Assembly: GCA_010909165.1 (NCBI GenBank)
Contig: MU008163.1
Coordinates: 1,178,001 to 1,242,000, forward strand
Reading direction: 5' to 3'
Source: Anthoceros angustus
Lineage: Eukaryota; Plantae; Anthocerotophyta
DNA length: 64,000 nucleotides
Part shown: one piece after another, positions 11,756 through 24,762 of the stretch
Position numbering within the stretch: position 1 is the stretch's first letter
How the letters are laid out: every line of letters begins with the position of its first letter
The notes under the pieces: generated by a model
Databases searched by the model: none
Told to the model about the DNA's origin: nothing
What the model saw: the letters and a program-made list of their open reading frames with translations, nothing else
Made by a program: the position numbers and the translations under genes

Positions 11756-14700
11756 ATGCGTGGCGGTCGGCGGCGGTCAAGAGTGAACCGTCGGGAGGAT
11801 CGGACGTGGTCACCTCGCGTGCTCTCCGAGCCGAGGAGGAGGCGTCAAACCCAACGAGAGAGCACCGATCGAGGAGGGAGAACGTGGTCGACGGACCAAG
11901 ACGAGTACGGGTACGAGGGACGCCAACGGAAGGTAGGACCACGCCTAACCCATCGATGGCAGCCATGGCCCCTACCGACCAAACAAGCGTACTCCATATT
12001 CGGAGGGAAGAAGGAGCGGATGCGAGACCTTTGTGGAGGACTTCGTGTCCAAAGCCAACTTCAACGGAGAGGGAGTCGACAGCTCATCCAAATTTTTCCA
12101 AGGGGTTCTCCGAGGACCGCTCAATGGTATCGGAGAAAGTACCGACCACGGAGAATGCCCCACCCGCCTGCTTGAAGCTTTGAAAATGCCTTCTTAGAAC
12201 GGTTTCGAGGATCACCGTGAGGAGGAAACCCGGTGCGTGAGTCCGGACTTTGTCCGGACCCGGAGAGGACCAAGTCCGGACTTAATAAGTCCGGACTCAA
12301 GTCCGGACCTAATAAGTCCGGACTCAAGTCCGGACCCAGACAAGTCCGGACCTCGGACCACGAGTCCGGACCACAGTCGGACCACAGTCGGACCACAAGT
12401 CCGGACTTTGTCCGGACCACAGTCGGACCACAGTCGGACCCGAGGAGGGAGAGGAGGAGCCCCTCGACTTACGCTTAGGGGAGCCGATAGGGGTGGCCCC
12501 ACCGTGAAGGACCCGAGGAGGCGGCGAGGAGGATGACGCCGGTAACGGCTTGTCGACCGCCGCCAGAGCCCAACCCGATGTGATTCCGGGAGAGGAGGGC
12601 CCGCCACGGATCATCCGATTGGGTGCACCACAACCGCTGACGGGATTGGACCACCCATTCCGAGGCGGGGCCAGGACCTTCCCACACAATGGCGAAGGAG
12701 ATAGGGGGATAGGGTAGGCGGCCGATTAGAAATAAGCTATCACCGTAATAGGGGTGTAATAAAGACGCCACCTTGGGCGCAGATAAGAGGGCCGAGGTCG
12801 CCTAGTAAAGCATCTTTCTTGGTGTTGATGCCGCTGCCTGCACCTTTGTGAGTCTTCTTGCTAACGTGAGTCTGAGTCACCGAGGTGCACGATACCCGGG
12901 AGATTGATCAAGGTCCCGTGACGGACTTAACGCGTTGTGGTGTGTGCGGGGAAGGGTGATCGTGATCCGCCCCGAGCGTCCGACACCGAACGGATCGAAC
13001 GTGTGAGCCGGAGGAACTCGGGAGGGCGTGTGTAGAGCCCGGACGGAGGCGGCGGATCGGAGGAGGTCCCACCCGCTTTTCTAAGATCAAGAGTGTAGGA
13101 GAGAGGAAAGGACCGGATGCGTGAGGATGTGAACGATACGGACGACGGGTCCCTAAACGCTTGGCCATACCGGCACGAACGCCAGAGTAGTTAGGAGTAT
13201 GTGTGTGTGAGACCGAACGAGCGCTAAGGACGAAGAATCATCAAACGCGTAAACGGGCCTATCATTCCCTTGGGAACGGACTTCTTCCTACAACGACACG
13301 GATTGTGCGCTACCATCGAAAAGTCACATTTTTGGCCGGGAATGAAATCGGTCCGTGCCGCAGCGCGCCCTTAGGAAGAGAAGGTAAGTGAATGCGTGGC
13401 GGTCGAGCGACGGCCAAGAGTGAACCGTCAGAGGATCGGACGTGGTCACCTCGCGTGCTCTCCGAGCCGAGAGAGAGACGCCAAACCCAACGAGAGCACC
13501 GTCGATCGAGGAGGGAGAACGTGGTCGAATTGTCGGACCAAGACGAGTACGGGTACAAGGGACGCCAACGGAAGAAGGTAGGACACCTAACCCATCGATG
13601 GCGCAGCCATGGCCCCTACCGACCAAACAAGCGTACTCCATATTCGGAGGGAAGAAGGAGCGGATGCGAGACCTTTGTGGAGGACTTCATGTCCAAAGCC
13701 AACTTCAACGGAGAGGGAGTCGACACCTCATCCAAATTTTTCCAAGGGGTTCTCCGAGGACCGCTCAATGGTATCGGAGAAAGTACCGACCACGGAGAAT
13801 GCCCCACCCGCCTGCTTGAAGCTTTGAAAATGCCTTCTTAGAACGGTTTCGAGGATCGACCGGGAGGGTATGTATTATCAAAGTTGGAAAATCAAGCGAG
13901 GAAGAAGGAGAAGCCGGGCTCAGACATCGAGCGGTTCTATGCCCCGAGGATCGGCATCCAACCCATACCACGATGCAAGCGGGACGGTGGTTCGCGGCGG
14001 TCTAGCCAAACCATGTGCACGCCCGCCGCCGAGAAGGACGTGGGCAAGGCGGTCGAGCGGCCGAAAACTACGAGGAATCGCTACATCGAGGATAAAGAAA
14101 TCCGCTCAAGGAGGCAAGAAGAAGAAGAAGAAACGGGTTCGACTGAGGAGGAAGAGTCTTCGAGGAGGAGGAAGACCAATCGGAGGTGTCTTGGAGGAGG
14201 AGCAACCGTCCAAGAAGAGACGGAGGTCTCTAGCGAGGAAGAGTATCCCCAAGAAGAAGAGCAAGAAGGCCCGGCTAAAAGAAGGTGGTAAGAAGGAGGT
14301 GGTGACACCAAGACCGTCCGAGAAGCTCCACGACCCGACTCCCTCAAAGGAGGTAGGTGTCCGGAGGACCGGAAAAGTGATAAAGAGAGTAGAGGACCGC
14401 GATAAACCAAAGTTAAGGACCGAGCGCGGAAAACACCGACCACGGCGAACGCATCTCGTGTGCCGTGCAGAACACGGCCATTCGAATCCAACCGCCTCAA
14501 GGCCGGTGCATCAAGTGGACTACACACGAGGAGGAGGCCGAGGAGCAATGGGAAGAGGCCTATCGTGTGAAGCCCTCCGGGCCGCGATATCCCAAAACCA
14601 TGTATCCGCCAACCGGAGGTCCGTCAATACAACGGGCCCCACCGATGCAAAGACCGCATGGGAGCCCCTTCGTATCCTCCGACGTGTGGTCCGTTGGAAT

Positions 14701-16300
14701 GCGGAATCTCGCCATTACTCCAACGCGTGTCCGTACTCCATATTCGGAGGAAGAAGGAGGCGGGATGCGAGACCTTTGTGGAGGACTTCGTGTCCAAAGC
14801 CAACTTCAACGGAGAGGGAGGCGGCAGCTCATCCAGCTTTTCAAGGGTTCTCAGGGGTGCTCAATGGTATCGGAGAAAGTACCGACCAGGAGAATGCCCC
14901 ACCTCGTTTGAAGCTTTGAAAATGCCTTCTTAGAAGCGGTTTCGAGGATCGACCGGGAGGGTATGTATTATCAAAGTTGGAAAAGCGAGGAAGAAGGAGA
15001 AAGAGCTCGAGTTCTATGCGAGGATCGGCATCCAACCCATACCACGATGCAAGCGATGCGGTGGTTCGCGGCGGTCTAGCCAAACCCATGGCGAGCACGT
15101 CTGCGCGAGAAGGAGGGCGTGGGCAAGGCGGTCGAGCGGCCGAAAACTACGAGGAATCGCTACATCGGAGGATAAAGAAATCCGCTCAAGGAGGCAAGAA
15201 GAAGAAGAAAAGGTTCGGACTCAGGAGGAAGAGTCTTGAGGAGGAGGAGGAAGACCAATCGGAGGTGTCTTGAGGAGGAGGAGGCGGTCGTCCAAGAAGA
15301 GAGGAGGTCTCTAGGAAGAGTATCCCATGAAGAAGAGCAAGAAGGCCCGGCTAAAAGAAGCGGGGTAAGAAGGAGGTGGTGACACGGCCGGTCAGAAGCT
15401 CCAGGACCCGACTCCCTCAAAGGAGGTGGCAGTGCGGGAGGACTGGAAAAGTGATAAAGAGAGTAGAGGACAGCGATAAACCGGGTTAAGGACCGAGCGC
15501 GGAAAACACCGACCACGGCGAACGCATCTCGTGTGCCGTGTGCGCAACACGGCCATTCGAAATCAAGCCTCAAGGCCGGTGCATCAAGTGGACTACGAAT
15601 ACGAGGAGGAGGAGCAATGGGAAGAGGCCTATCAGTGCAGAAGCCCCCCTCAGGCGCGATATCCCAAAACCATGTATCCGTCAGCGGAGGTCCGTCAAGC
15701 TGGCCCCACCGATGCAGACCGCATGGGAGCCCTTCGTATCCTCCGTGCAGTGGTAGTGCATTGGGCTGGGAATCTGGCCATTACTCCAACGCGTGTCCGT
15801 ACCCAGGCGGGGTAATGGGGACTTCGAGCTCTGGCGATCAAGCAGTGGGCATATGACAGCAAGACGCTATGTCCCAACCCCGCACAAGGACGGTACGATA
15901 TGCCACACCAAGCGGAGAACCCGACCACCAACGCCACCTCCTAAGACTCACCAGACGGCAAGTCAAGATGCTGGCGGAGTGGGAAGAGATTCCCAGGTAC
16001 GCGAGATGGAAAAGAACAAGAAGGTACTGGGGGTGTCGAAGGAAGGAGTTGGGAGTGGAAATCTTGAGGTGTCTACTGAGTCAAGGAAGGAGCGACGAGA
16101 AAGGCGCCATTGAAGAAGAACAAGATCGAGGAAGGCCACGGACGCCGAGGAAGGCAATCAAACGGAAATACCAGCAGAGGATCCGACCGATGAAGGAGGG
16201 CTGGACGGGCAGCTCACGAGGGATTACCCAAGGAAGTTCTCCGACAGATGGAGAAGGAACGGTGCCTCCGCGACGATTCACCTGGACGTAGTCCGGAGGT
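11756..16300 (+). pseudogene. gag: gag (frameshifted, partly duplicated)
   Basis: Retrotransposon-gag motifs are readable across frames: AQWYRRKY, then (K)AFLERFR, then WF.GGL (~12120-12210, 13760-14010). A charged linker follows, then a zinc-knuckle-like CAVC..HGH near 14460 and 15535. Confidence 0.7.
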
Positions 16301-16559
16301 GACCGAGATGTTGCAGGAGGAAATGCGCAAGCATCCGGAGAATACCGTAACACGTGACCGGGAGAGGATGAGGACGCAGCAGCAGGATCCTCGATTGGGG
16401 TAGAAGCCTCGCCTTTAATGTGGCGACCGATGATGAATCGGACACCTTGTGTCCTTTCGACAACCGAGGATAACCCAAATACCGGCAAGAGGTCCGTCGG
16501 GCCGTTAGGGAAACCCACCATGAGCACCAAAGCCGTGAAGGGTAGCACAGGAAGTGAGG

Positions 16560-19500
16560 GTGGTGTCCCATACGACCTGGGGCCAAAGGTACAAGTGGAG
16601 ATTGGATGTATCATCAAGGATGTACCGTTGGACACGGGTCCGAGTCAACCTCATCACAAGCCACGGCACGAAAATTGGGCTTCACATCCTTCAACCTCAA
16701 CGAAGACTCGAGAATGGCGTATATGTCAAGAAGAGATCCGGGAGTTAACCGAGTCTTGGCCACCATAGCCGGCACCCTACAAACCGGATTTTGTTGTGAT
16801 CAAACCGCCGGACCATTAGGGTATGAGGTGTTGGGCGGCCATGGGTTGGCCTGCATAAGCTACACTTTGGAAGGAAGGAGATTCACTTCAAGCCGGTGGA
16901 CTGGGACCCTAAGGTGCGAGAAGGAGGGTTGCTATCACCGGAGCAAGGACACCTATTGTGGGAAACCGTGAGCACTAAGGGTATACCTCTGGAGGACTCC
17001 ACGACGAACAAGATAGTTCCGAGGAGGCGACTTTCGCCAAGATCCGCCGGTCCGAGGAGGAGATGGACTACCGGGATGCCTTTGAAGTGATTGATTGTTT
17101 TCGAGTAAACGCCACAACGGGCCGGAGGAAGGAAGTGAAGAGGAGGCCTGACCAAAGACAAGGGGAGACAACAAGAGTCGGACCAAGGAAAAGCGGACAT
17201 CGAAGGAGTAACACGATTCACCTCCGACGAGCTCTTCAGAATGGGGATGCGAGAGGACGATCCCCAGAGGAGGACGAGGGGTTTGACGCAGCGAGGCAAA
17301 GACGGAACGGAGACGGTGAACCCGGACGACGTGGAAGAAGTGGAGGTCCGCCAAATTCTCAAGTTTAAGAAAGGCATGCCTCCGGACCAAGGAAGGACTA
17401 AAGCATGGGGAGTTTTATGAGGTGTTCGCCTTCAAGGTCACGGACATGAAGGGCATTCAAGAAGTGGGAGAGCATAAGATCGATTTGAAGCCGTGAGTGC
17501 CATCAATCCGACAATACAAGCTCAACCCCAAGTATTCGATCAAGGTGAAGGAGGTCCTTGATAAGTACCGGAGGCAGACATCATTTTCCCCATCGTCAGC
17601 AATGAGTGGGGTACGATGGTGGTTCCCAAGAAACAACCAGACAAATTCGGTATGCCAAGATTGAGGAAGCTCAACGCAACGAGAAGGACCACTTCCGATG
17701 CCATTCAGAGATTTTTTTGGACAAGGTGGTCGGACGGACTACTTACTCCTTCCTCGGATGGCTACTCCGGATATAACCAATTGCACCTAAGGGAGTTTGA
17801 CCGACAAGACGACCTTCACTACGGAGTGGGGTACGCTTGCCTACAAGAGAAGTGCCTTTGGGATGACCGAGCGCCTGTGGTCGCTCATGCGTATGGTGAC
17901 CAACGCCTTCCGTGACTTCGAGGGACTTCATGGAGATATTCCGGATGATTTTGTGTGCATGGGGAGGACAAACACCTTGGGCATCTAAGAAGGTGCTTGA
18001 GCGCCGGAGACTCAATTGAGCCTACACCCGAGAAATGCTACTTTGGAATGACGGAGGGAATCTTGTCGACATCGTGTCGCTGGAATCGAGGTGGACCAGA
18101 CAAGGTCCGGTCATCCGCCTCCACCACGAACCTAAAGGAGCCGAGAGGTTTCACAGGAATGGTGGGATACTACCACGGTTTATTAAGGACTTTAAGAGGG
18201 CGCTAAGTTGATGTAACCATCATGGAAGGAGGAGGTTTGGACCGGTCAGGAGCGAGAGGAGGCCTTCGGAGATAACACCTTGGTAAGCGCCGGTTCTAAG
18301 AGGACCGGATCGAGCAGAAATTTCATGTGTATGTAGATGTCCGCTTGCTATCGGAGTAGTCCGAGCCGTAAGGACGACAAGCGGATTATCCCGTATACTA
18401 CCGGACGATGTACCACCCACGCGAACGAAAATACACAACTACAGGCCAAGCACGGGTATGGTATATGCCAAGAAATTCGACACTACCTACTACCCAAAGG
18501 AGTTTGTGTTCTATGTAGACCACTTTGCTCAAGCATCCGGTGAATAAGACGGACCGTCCGGACGGATAGCAAGGTGGATATTGTTGCCGCAGGAGTTCAC
18601 GTCAAGTGGAAACAAGACAAGGGAGGCAAGACCAAAATGCGATTTCGTCACGATTGAAAACAGGTGTTGAGAGATCGTGAAGATGCGCTGGATGAGACAT
18701 TGGTTGCCGCAGTAAAGTACAACCGGAGGAGCCCACCGACCAACCCCAAGCTACGAGAACGGCATTTTAGAAGCGGAGAAGGGAGGGTCCGCCCCGTCCG
18801 ACCCACGAAGAAATAGAGCGGTACTGGGAATGGAGCTCAAAATCGACTCGGATGAGGGAGGCATTCGTGCACTATGCTCGACCCTTCGTAATGTACAACG
18901 GTGTGTTCAAATTAGGGCGGACGGAGTAGAACGAAGGTACTTGCAACCGCAGACAGGAGCTCAAGGGAATGCACGAAGGATTGGGGTGGACACTACGCAA
19001 AGACAGTCACCACCAAAAGATTTTGAAGCGGATACTGGCCAACAATGTATGGGGACACCCACCGCTTAGAAGAAGTGTGATGCTTGTCACGGATCGGAAA
19101 GCCAACCCCGACGACACAAAGGCCGCTAGTACCGATATTGGCACCGCACCTTCAAAAGTGGGGTATTGACTTTGTTGGACCTATACGCCCACGACAAGAC
19201 ACACACAAAGGAGATACATCCCGTGGCAACGACCATCGCACTGTGGGTAGAGGCGGTGGCGACAAGAACGGACTCGCAAATACCGTGGCCAAATTCACGA
19301 GAACATCATAACCCGACGGATGTCCGCCGCAGCTTGGTAAGTGATAGGGGAACCCATTTCCTTAATGATGTGGTGGCCGCCATGACGGAGTATTTCGCAT
19401 CAATCATCGCAAGACGGCACCCTACAATCCTAAGGCCAATGGGTGACAGAGAAGACAAATGGGCTCATCCGCAGGATTCAATAAACTCACAGTGAACTAC

Positions 19501-19939
19501 GCCCATGATCGATACCAAGTCCATCCGCACTGTATGCCCGGACACAGAGAAGGTGACCACACAACGGACCCCTTACTTGACCTACGACACTCTCCGTAAT
19601 GCCGGTGAGTTTGAAGTGCCCACTTTTCGAGTAATGATGGAAGGAGACCGACAAGAGGAAAGCCATCGGCGACTCTTGGGGTTTGACACAGGGAAGAAGA
19701 AGCTCACCAAGATGCAGCAAAACCAAAAGATTTGGCACGATCGATCATGGAATCGAGTATGTAAAGGAAGGGGACCGCCTCCTTTATGATAGTCGTCACA
19801 TGCATTTTCCGTGCAAACTTCACCGAGATGGATGGGTCCGCACTAAGTGGTGCAAGTATATGACAACGGGTCCGGCCCACCACGGCGCCTAGATGGAGAG
19901 CTGCCCACTAAACGGGTGGTGAAGAAGTATCATGCTTAG
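16560..19939 (+). pseudogene. pol: pol: aspartic protease, reverse transcriptase, RNase H, integrase (frameshifted)
   Basis: Protease DVPLDTG (~16620). RT: FKVTDMKGIQ/HKIDLKP (~17430), DGYSGYNQ (~17760), DKTTFTTEWGT (~17800). RNase H: FHVYVD (~18325), RIARWILL.QEF (~18570). Integrase: H-x4-H/C-x2-C zinc domain (~18970-19090), QKWGIDFVGP (~19155), LDGELPTK..KKYHA* (stop 19937-19939). Confidence 0.9.
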
Positions 19940-19960
19940 TGTTGGCGAGACGCCAATGAT

Positions 19961-19970
19961 GAGAAGGGAG
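19961..19970 (+). promoter_or_regulatory. Polypurine tract
   Basis: GAGAAGGGAG, then TA, then the LTR-initial TG at 19973; begins 22 nt after the integrase stop. Confidence 0.7.
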
Positions 19971-19972
19971 TA

Positions 19973-22900
19973 TGTGGGCTATGCACTCGGGAGTTAAGAA
20001 ATAAGTAGGGTTTCGCTTTTTAGGATTGAAGGATAAATAAGGCGAAAAGGAGGAATAAATTGGGGTAGCGCCGGACGAGGCTCGGAGTATACTCCGACTG
20101 GAGTGAACAACGGACCCCTGCAACCACTATGGCAAGCTCCGACGCCGAGTAACGGATAAGTCCGAACCCACCCAGTCAAAATAGGATAAGTACGCCAGTG
20201 AAAGTAACCTAGGAGCGGAGGCGTGAGGATGACGAGGCGGCGCCACGTGGACGGCCCCGAGTGGAGGTCGGGCAGGAGGCTGTGACTCACTGCCAGGCCG
20301 CAGGCAGTATTCACGCGCCGCGCGCGTAAGGCCGCAGGCGAAGGGTCGAGTAAGCCATGCACTCGCCATGGACAAGAGGCGCCTTCCGCCAGCGCATTTT
20401 CCACAAGCGCCAAGGAGGGAGGTCATCCCGCGCAGCCTCCGCATAATCCTCAGCCTTGCGCCCGCAATCCGCTCGGGCGCCTTTTGGGCGCCGAGCGTGG
20501 CGCACCAAGGTTGGAGCAACGAACGCGCGAAGGAGGAACATCGTGCTGCCGACCGCCGCCAGCACAAAGAACAAGAGGAGGAGAAAGCAATGGCACCCAA
20601 AAGCCGACGGAAGTCTGGGAGCCATGGACCGTGGAGCGCAACATTGTGACCCGCGCTATCCGGACTTCGGCCCGGGCCGGAGGAAGTGGGGAATTGGTGC
20701 AGGAGTGGCATCCGGACGTGTTCCAAATGGTCTCGACCTTTGACAACGCTACTCTAGTCCGGAGTTTGCCCGAAGATGCCGGGCGATCAACAAGGAGGTC
20801 CGATCCAAGAACCTCCGGAGGACCCGAGGCGATGGACCTTGAGGTCCCGAGGATGGCCTACAACCGCCAAGGAGGAAGAAGGGGCGTGGTGCCGAGCCCC
20901 TTAAGGCGGCGGAAGATAGGGCCACGCGGCGCCGAGGCTCGAACGCAGGACAACCAACGGATGGTTGATATCCGATCCGCCGGATACCGAGTAAGGGCGG
21001 TAGCCCGGATCATTGTCCATTGAACTCGCCACCAAGGTGGATCACCTTGGTGATAACCTGGTATTCTCGCATGCGCCCGGGGAAGAGAGCGGACGGGAAG
21101 GATTATCTTCGCCTGCCTGGGCCAGAGGCACGCAAGCTAAGGAGCGAAGCCTCGCCATCGACCGACCCCATACGATTCATGTATGGGGACATTTCGAGCC
21201 CTCAAGGAGGGAGAGCTTGAGCGGCGCCTCCGGAGGCCCCGCCAAGTAGAGCGTGGCGCCGAGGTGGGGGTCGCCCTTCAAGACCAAGCGACTCGGAGGA
21301 GGACGATCGAGGATTCCGGACTCCATACGCCCTGAGCGAACCCCTCACCACCTGTGGAAGTTTGGGAGATTCCCTTCCTCCTTTTGGTGCCCCTCCGAGC
21401 GCACAGGAGGGAGCCGATGCCGGAGGGCGCTTGCCCGACCGGCTGCAACAATAACAACGACGGCCGCCGAGCCCCGACGAACTCAACGGGAGCCAAGAGG
21501 AAGACGGTGCCGCTTACCAACGCAAAGACCTCGAGGTGCCGATTTACCCCGCCCACCTGAGTGGCAAGAGGTCAAGAGGCGAAGGAGGGCAGAAGGACGT
21601 GGCCCAAGGAGCAGGAGGTCACCGGCGCAGCCCCCACCTCGAGCCGGCCTGCCCCGGCTGTGAAGGGGCAAAAGAGCTTGCTCCGGACCCCTCACCTCCT
21701 CCGAGCCCTGTGAGAAAGAGGGCACAAAGGAGTTAGAGGCCAAGAGGGCCAAGAGGGTGAGACTCGGACCTCACCACTCGGGACCCGAGGGTCCCGATTA
21801 GGTCCGAGAACCCAGACTTACTGATCGGTATGGAGGTCCTTGGCGGACCGAGAAATGCCGGCTCCACTACGGACTTTGTGGGGCCTCACGGCCGTGGAAG
21901 AAACACGGCGAAGTCCTGCTACCGCCATGGACGGAATGCTTTGGGGTCTCGGGGTACAGAGAAGACCTGTGAAGTGGAGGCCACCCGAGGAGGATGGTGG
22001 AACCCAAGAGCAAGTGAAGGCGGCCGAGGGCAAAGGAAAAGGCGGAGTCCTCGCCGGATCGAGGAAGGGAACGCCGGGTGGCGGAGCGCGAGGCCCGTTC
22101 AGGGATCAAGGTTCTTCACCGTCAAATCAAGCAAGCTCAGAGGCCCAAGCGCGGCGGAGGACCTTGCGTAAGAGGGAAGCGCAGCAGAGGCGGAAGAGGC
22201 CCGGCACAAGCAGAGAGCTCGGACCGCGGAGGCGGCCCGGCCAGAGCAAGCCAAGGGCGAGGCCAAAGGCGGCGGGCGAGCAAGTCGAAGAGCGACCGGA
22301 TCACCATGACGTGATCGAACCGTGGAGAGAGTCAGCAGCCGAGGACCTCAAGGCCGTGACAAAGGCTATGGTGCAAGGCCAAGAGGAGATAGAGGATCTC
22401 CGAGTACATGGAGGTAGAAGGAGGCAGCAGATGGAGGATGAAGGACACTGGAGCTACAACCCAAGATGCGCCGGAAAAGCAGTGATTCTCAACGAGAGAA
22501 TCCACGACTCGAGCACGAAATGAGTGCCTCCCGTCTCAAGACGGAGGAAAATCGGCGACTATCCAAGGAGTTGGACGCTGCGGGCGTATGAGCCGGAGGA
22601 AGTCCGAGCCTGGAGGTATCCGACTGGAGAGAGTCAGCAGCATGAGGCTAACTCAAGGCCGTGACAAAGGCCATGGAGCAAGGGCCAAGAGGAGATAGGA
22701 TCTCCGAGTACACAGGAGGTAGAAGGAGGCGGCAGATGGAGGACAAGAAGACACGCCGAGCTACAACCCAAGATGCGCTTGAGCAGTGATTCTCAACGAG
22801 AGAATCCACGACTCGAGCACGAAAACAGTAGCCTCCGCCCGTCAAGACGGAGGAAAATCGCGACTATCCAAGGAGTTGGACGCTGCTGGCTGTATGAGCC

Positions 22901-24762
22901 GGAGGAAGTCCGAGCCTGGACGGTATCCGACCGCCGAGAGGGAGTCATGAGCTAAAGGCCGTAATGAACGGAGCGCGAGCACCGGAAGCGTAAAAGAAGC
23001 CGGTCCACCGAAAGGCGGAAGGGAACGCCGCGCTATGGCGGTAAGGAGGCGATGGAAAGGAAACGAGCCGGAGAGCGGAGCAACAGGCAGAGGTGACCGA
23101 GGCCGCCTTGTAGCCTCGCGTGATACAGCCCGCCCACAACCGCAGGAGAGGTGGCCCAACAAGCCGGCAAAAGACGCCCACCTAACACTTATGGCGGAGG
23201 GAGTATCGGTGCCCGCACACGTGGAAGAGGCAATTCAACAAGTCGATCAGACTTTGCCTATTACCACGAGCTCTGAAGGCGTAGAAGCCTCGACGCCCGC
23301 AGACGACGGACCGGAAGGCTCAAGGAGATGAAGGCCACGGGACAAAGACAGGACCCTAGTGGCCCCTGCTTGGAGATGACGGAGCGCGGAGAGGAGCAAC
23401 CGGAGGAGCAACGAGGGAGCGGATGCGATCGAGGTAAGCACCCGCACCTCACCATGGAAGGAGGGGCCAACGGAGTCACCGGCGATCGGGAACAGCTGGA
23501 GGACTTCGAGGAGAGCCACGGAGGAGTCCGTGAGGGAGGAAACCCGGTGGGCGTGAGTCCGACTTTGTCCGACTGAGGAGTCCCGTGAGGAGGAAACCTG
23601 GTGGAGTCCGACTTTGTCCGGACTCAGAGGGAGGCCGGACTCAAGTCCGGACTGAATAAGTCCGGACCAAGTCCGGACCAAGTCCGGACTCGAATAAGTC
23701 CGACCAAGTCCGGACTCAAGTCCGACCAAGTCCAATAACCGACCGAGGTCCGGACCAGAGACAAGGTCCCAGCCGACCTGTGAAGCCGGACTCAAGTTCG
23801 TGAGTCGAGACAGACCTCGAGGACCGGCCGGGCAAGAAGGAGGAGCCCCTTCGACTTACGCTTAGGGGAGCCGATGGTGGTGGCCCCACCGGCGGACCTG
23901 TGGAGGCCAGGAGGATGACGCCGTGGTAACGGCTCGCCGATCACGCCAGAGCCCAACCCATGTGATTCCGGGAGAGGAGGGGCCCGCCTCACGGATCATC
24001 CGATTGGGTGCACCACAAGCTGTGACGGGATTGACCACCCATTCCGAGGCGGGGCCTGTGACCTTCCCACACACATGGAAGGAGATAGGGGGATAGGTGG
24101 TAGGCCGATTAGGTATACCGAAATGGCTATCACCGTAATAGGGGTGTAATAAAGACGCCACCTTGGGCGCAGATAAGAGGGCCGAGGCCGCCTAGTAAAG
24201 CATCTTTCTCTTGGTGTTGATGCTGCCTGCGCACCTTTGTGAGTCTTCTTGCTAACGTGAGTCCCGAGTCACCGAAAGGTGCACGACGCCCGGGAGATTG
24301 ATCAAGGTCCCGTGACGACTTAACGCTGTGGTGTGCAGGAAGGGTGACCGTGATCCGTGCTCGTCCGAGCCGCGTCCGACACCGAACGGATCGAACGCGT
24401 GAGCCGGAGGAACTCCGGAGGGTGTAGAGCCCGGACGGAGAGGCCCGCGAACGACGAGGAGGTCCGGATCACAGAATCAAGGCCTTTTCTAAGATCAAGA
24501 GTGTAGCGGAGAGGAGAGAGGAAAGGACTGGATGCGTGAAGGATGTATGTGAACGATACGGACGCGAACGGGTCTCAAACGCTTGGCCATACCACGGCCT
24601 ACGCATTTGCACGCTAGAGTAGTTAGGAGTATGTGTGTGAACGAACAGCGCTAAGGACGGTAAGAATCACCAAACGCGTAAACGGGCCTATCATTCCTTG
24701 GGAACGGACTTCTTCCTACAACGACACGGATTGGCTTTACCGCTATCAAAAGTTCCGCCATA
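19973..24762 (+). repeat. 3' LTR (~4.8 kb)
   Basis: Begins TGTGGGCTATGCAC and is colinear with the 5' LTR. Ends GTTCCGCCA(TA) at 24760-24762, where similarity to 11675-11684 stops. The last ~300 bp plus flank is repeated at 25881-26185. Confidence 0.8.
20129..23330 (+). pseudogene. LTR-borne extra ORF, 3' LTR copy: Athila env-like/plant-transposon-protein-like domain plus coiled coil
   Basis: Candidate ATG at 20129 (ATGGCAAGCTCC). Track ORFs 20484-21023, 21020-21220, 21840-22523, 22945-23181 (antisense shadow) and 23035-23331 tile an E/K/R-rich plus-strand protein broken by indels. Start and end are approximate. Confidence 0.55.

Larger units (their letters stand above)
3069..24762 (+). mobile_element. 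Ty3/gypsy LTR retrotransposon, non-chromovirus Athila-like, inflated by internal duplications
   Basis: Order is LTR - PBS - gag - PR - RT - RH - INT - PPT - LTR. The tRNA-Asp PBS and the absence of a chromodomain fit Athila-like elements. No target-site duplication found. Confidence 0.85.

Noticed and set aside
9030-12445. CRISPR-like repeat-spacer array
   Set aside because: Units are 10-16 bp with no unique spacers, there are no cas genes, and the context is a eukaryotic LTR.
15869-16291. ORF MSQPRTRT... as the gag start
   Set aside because: Gag core motifs lie upstream (12.0-14.0 kb), right after the PBS. This is a frameshifted piece of the gag-pol junction.
19700-19972. Chromodomain or env-like ORF between integrase and PPT
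   Set aside because: Integrase ends at KKYHA* and the PPT starts 22 nt later, leaving no room.
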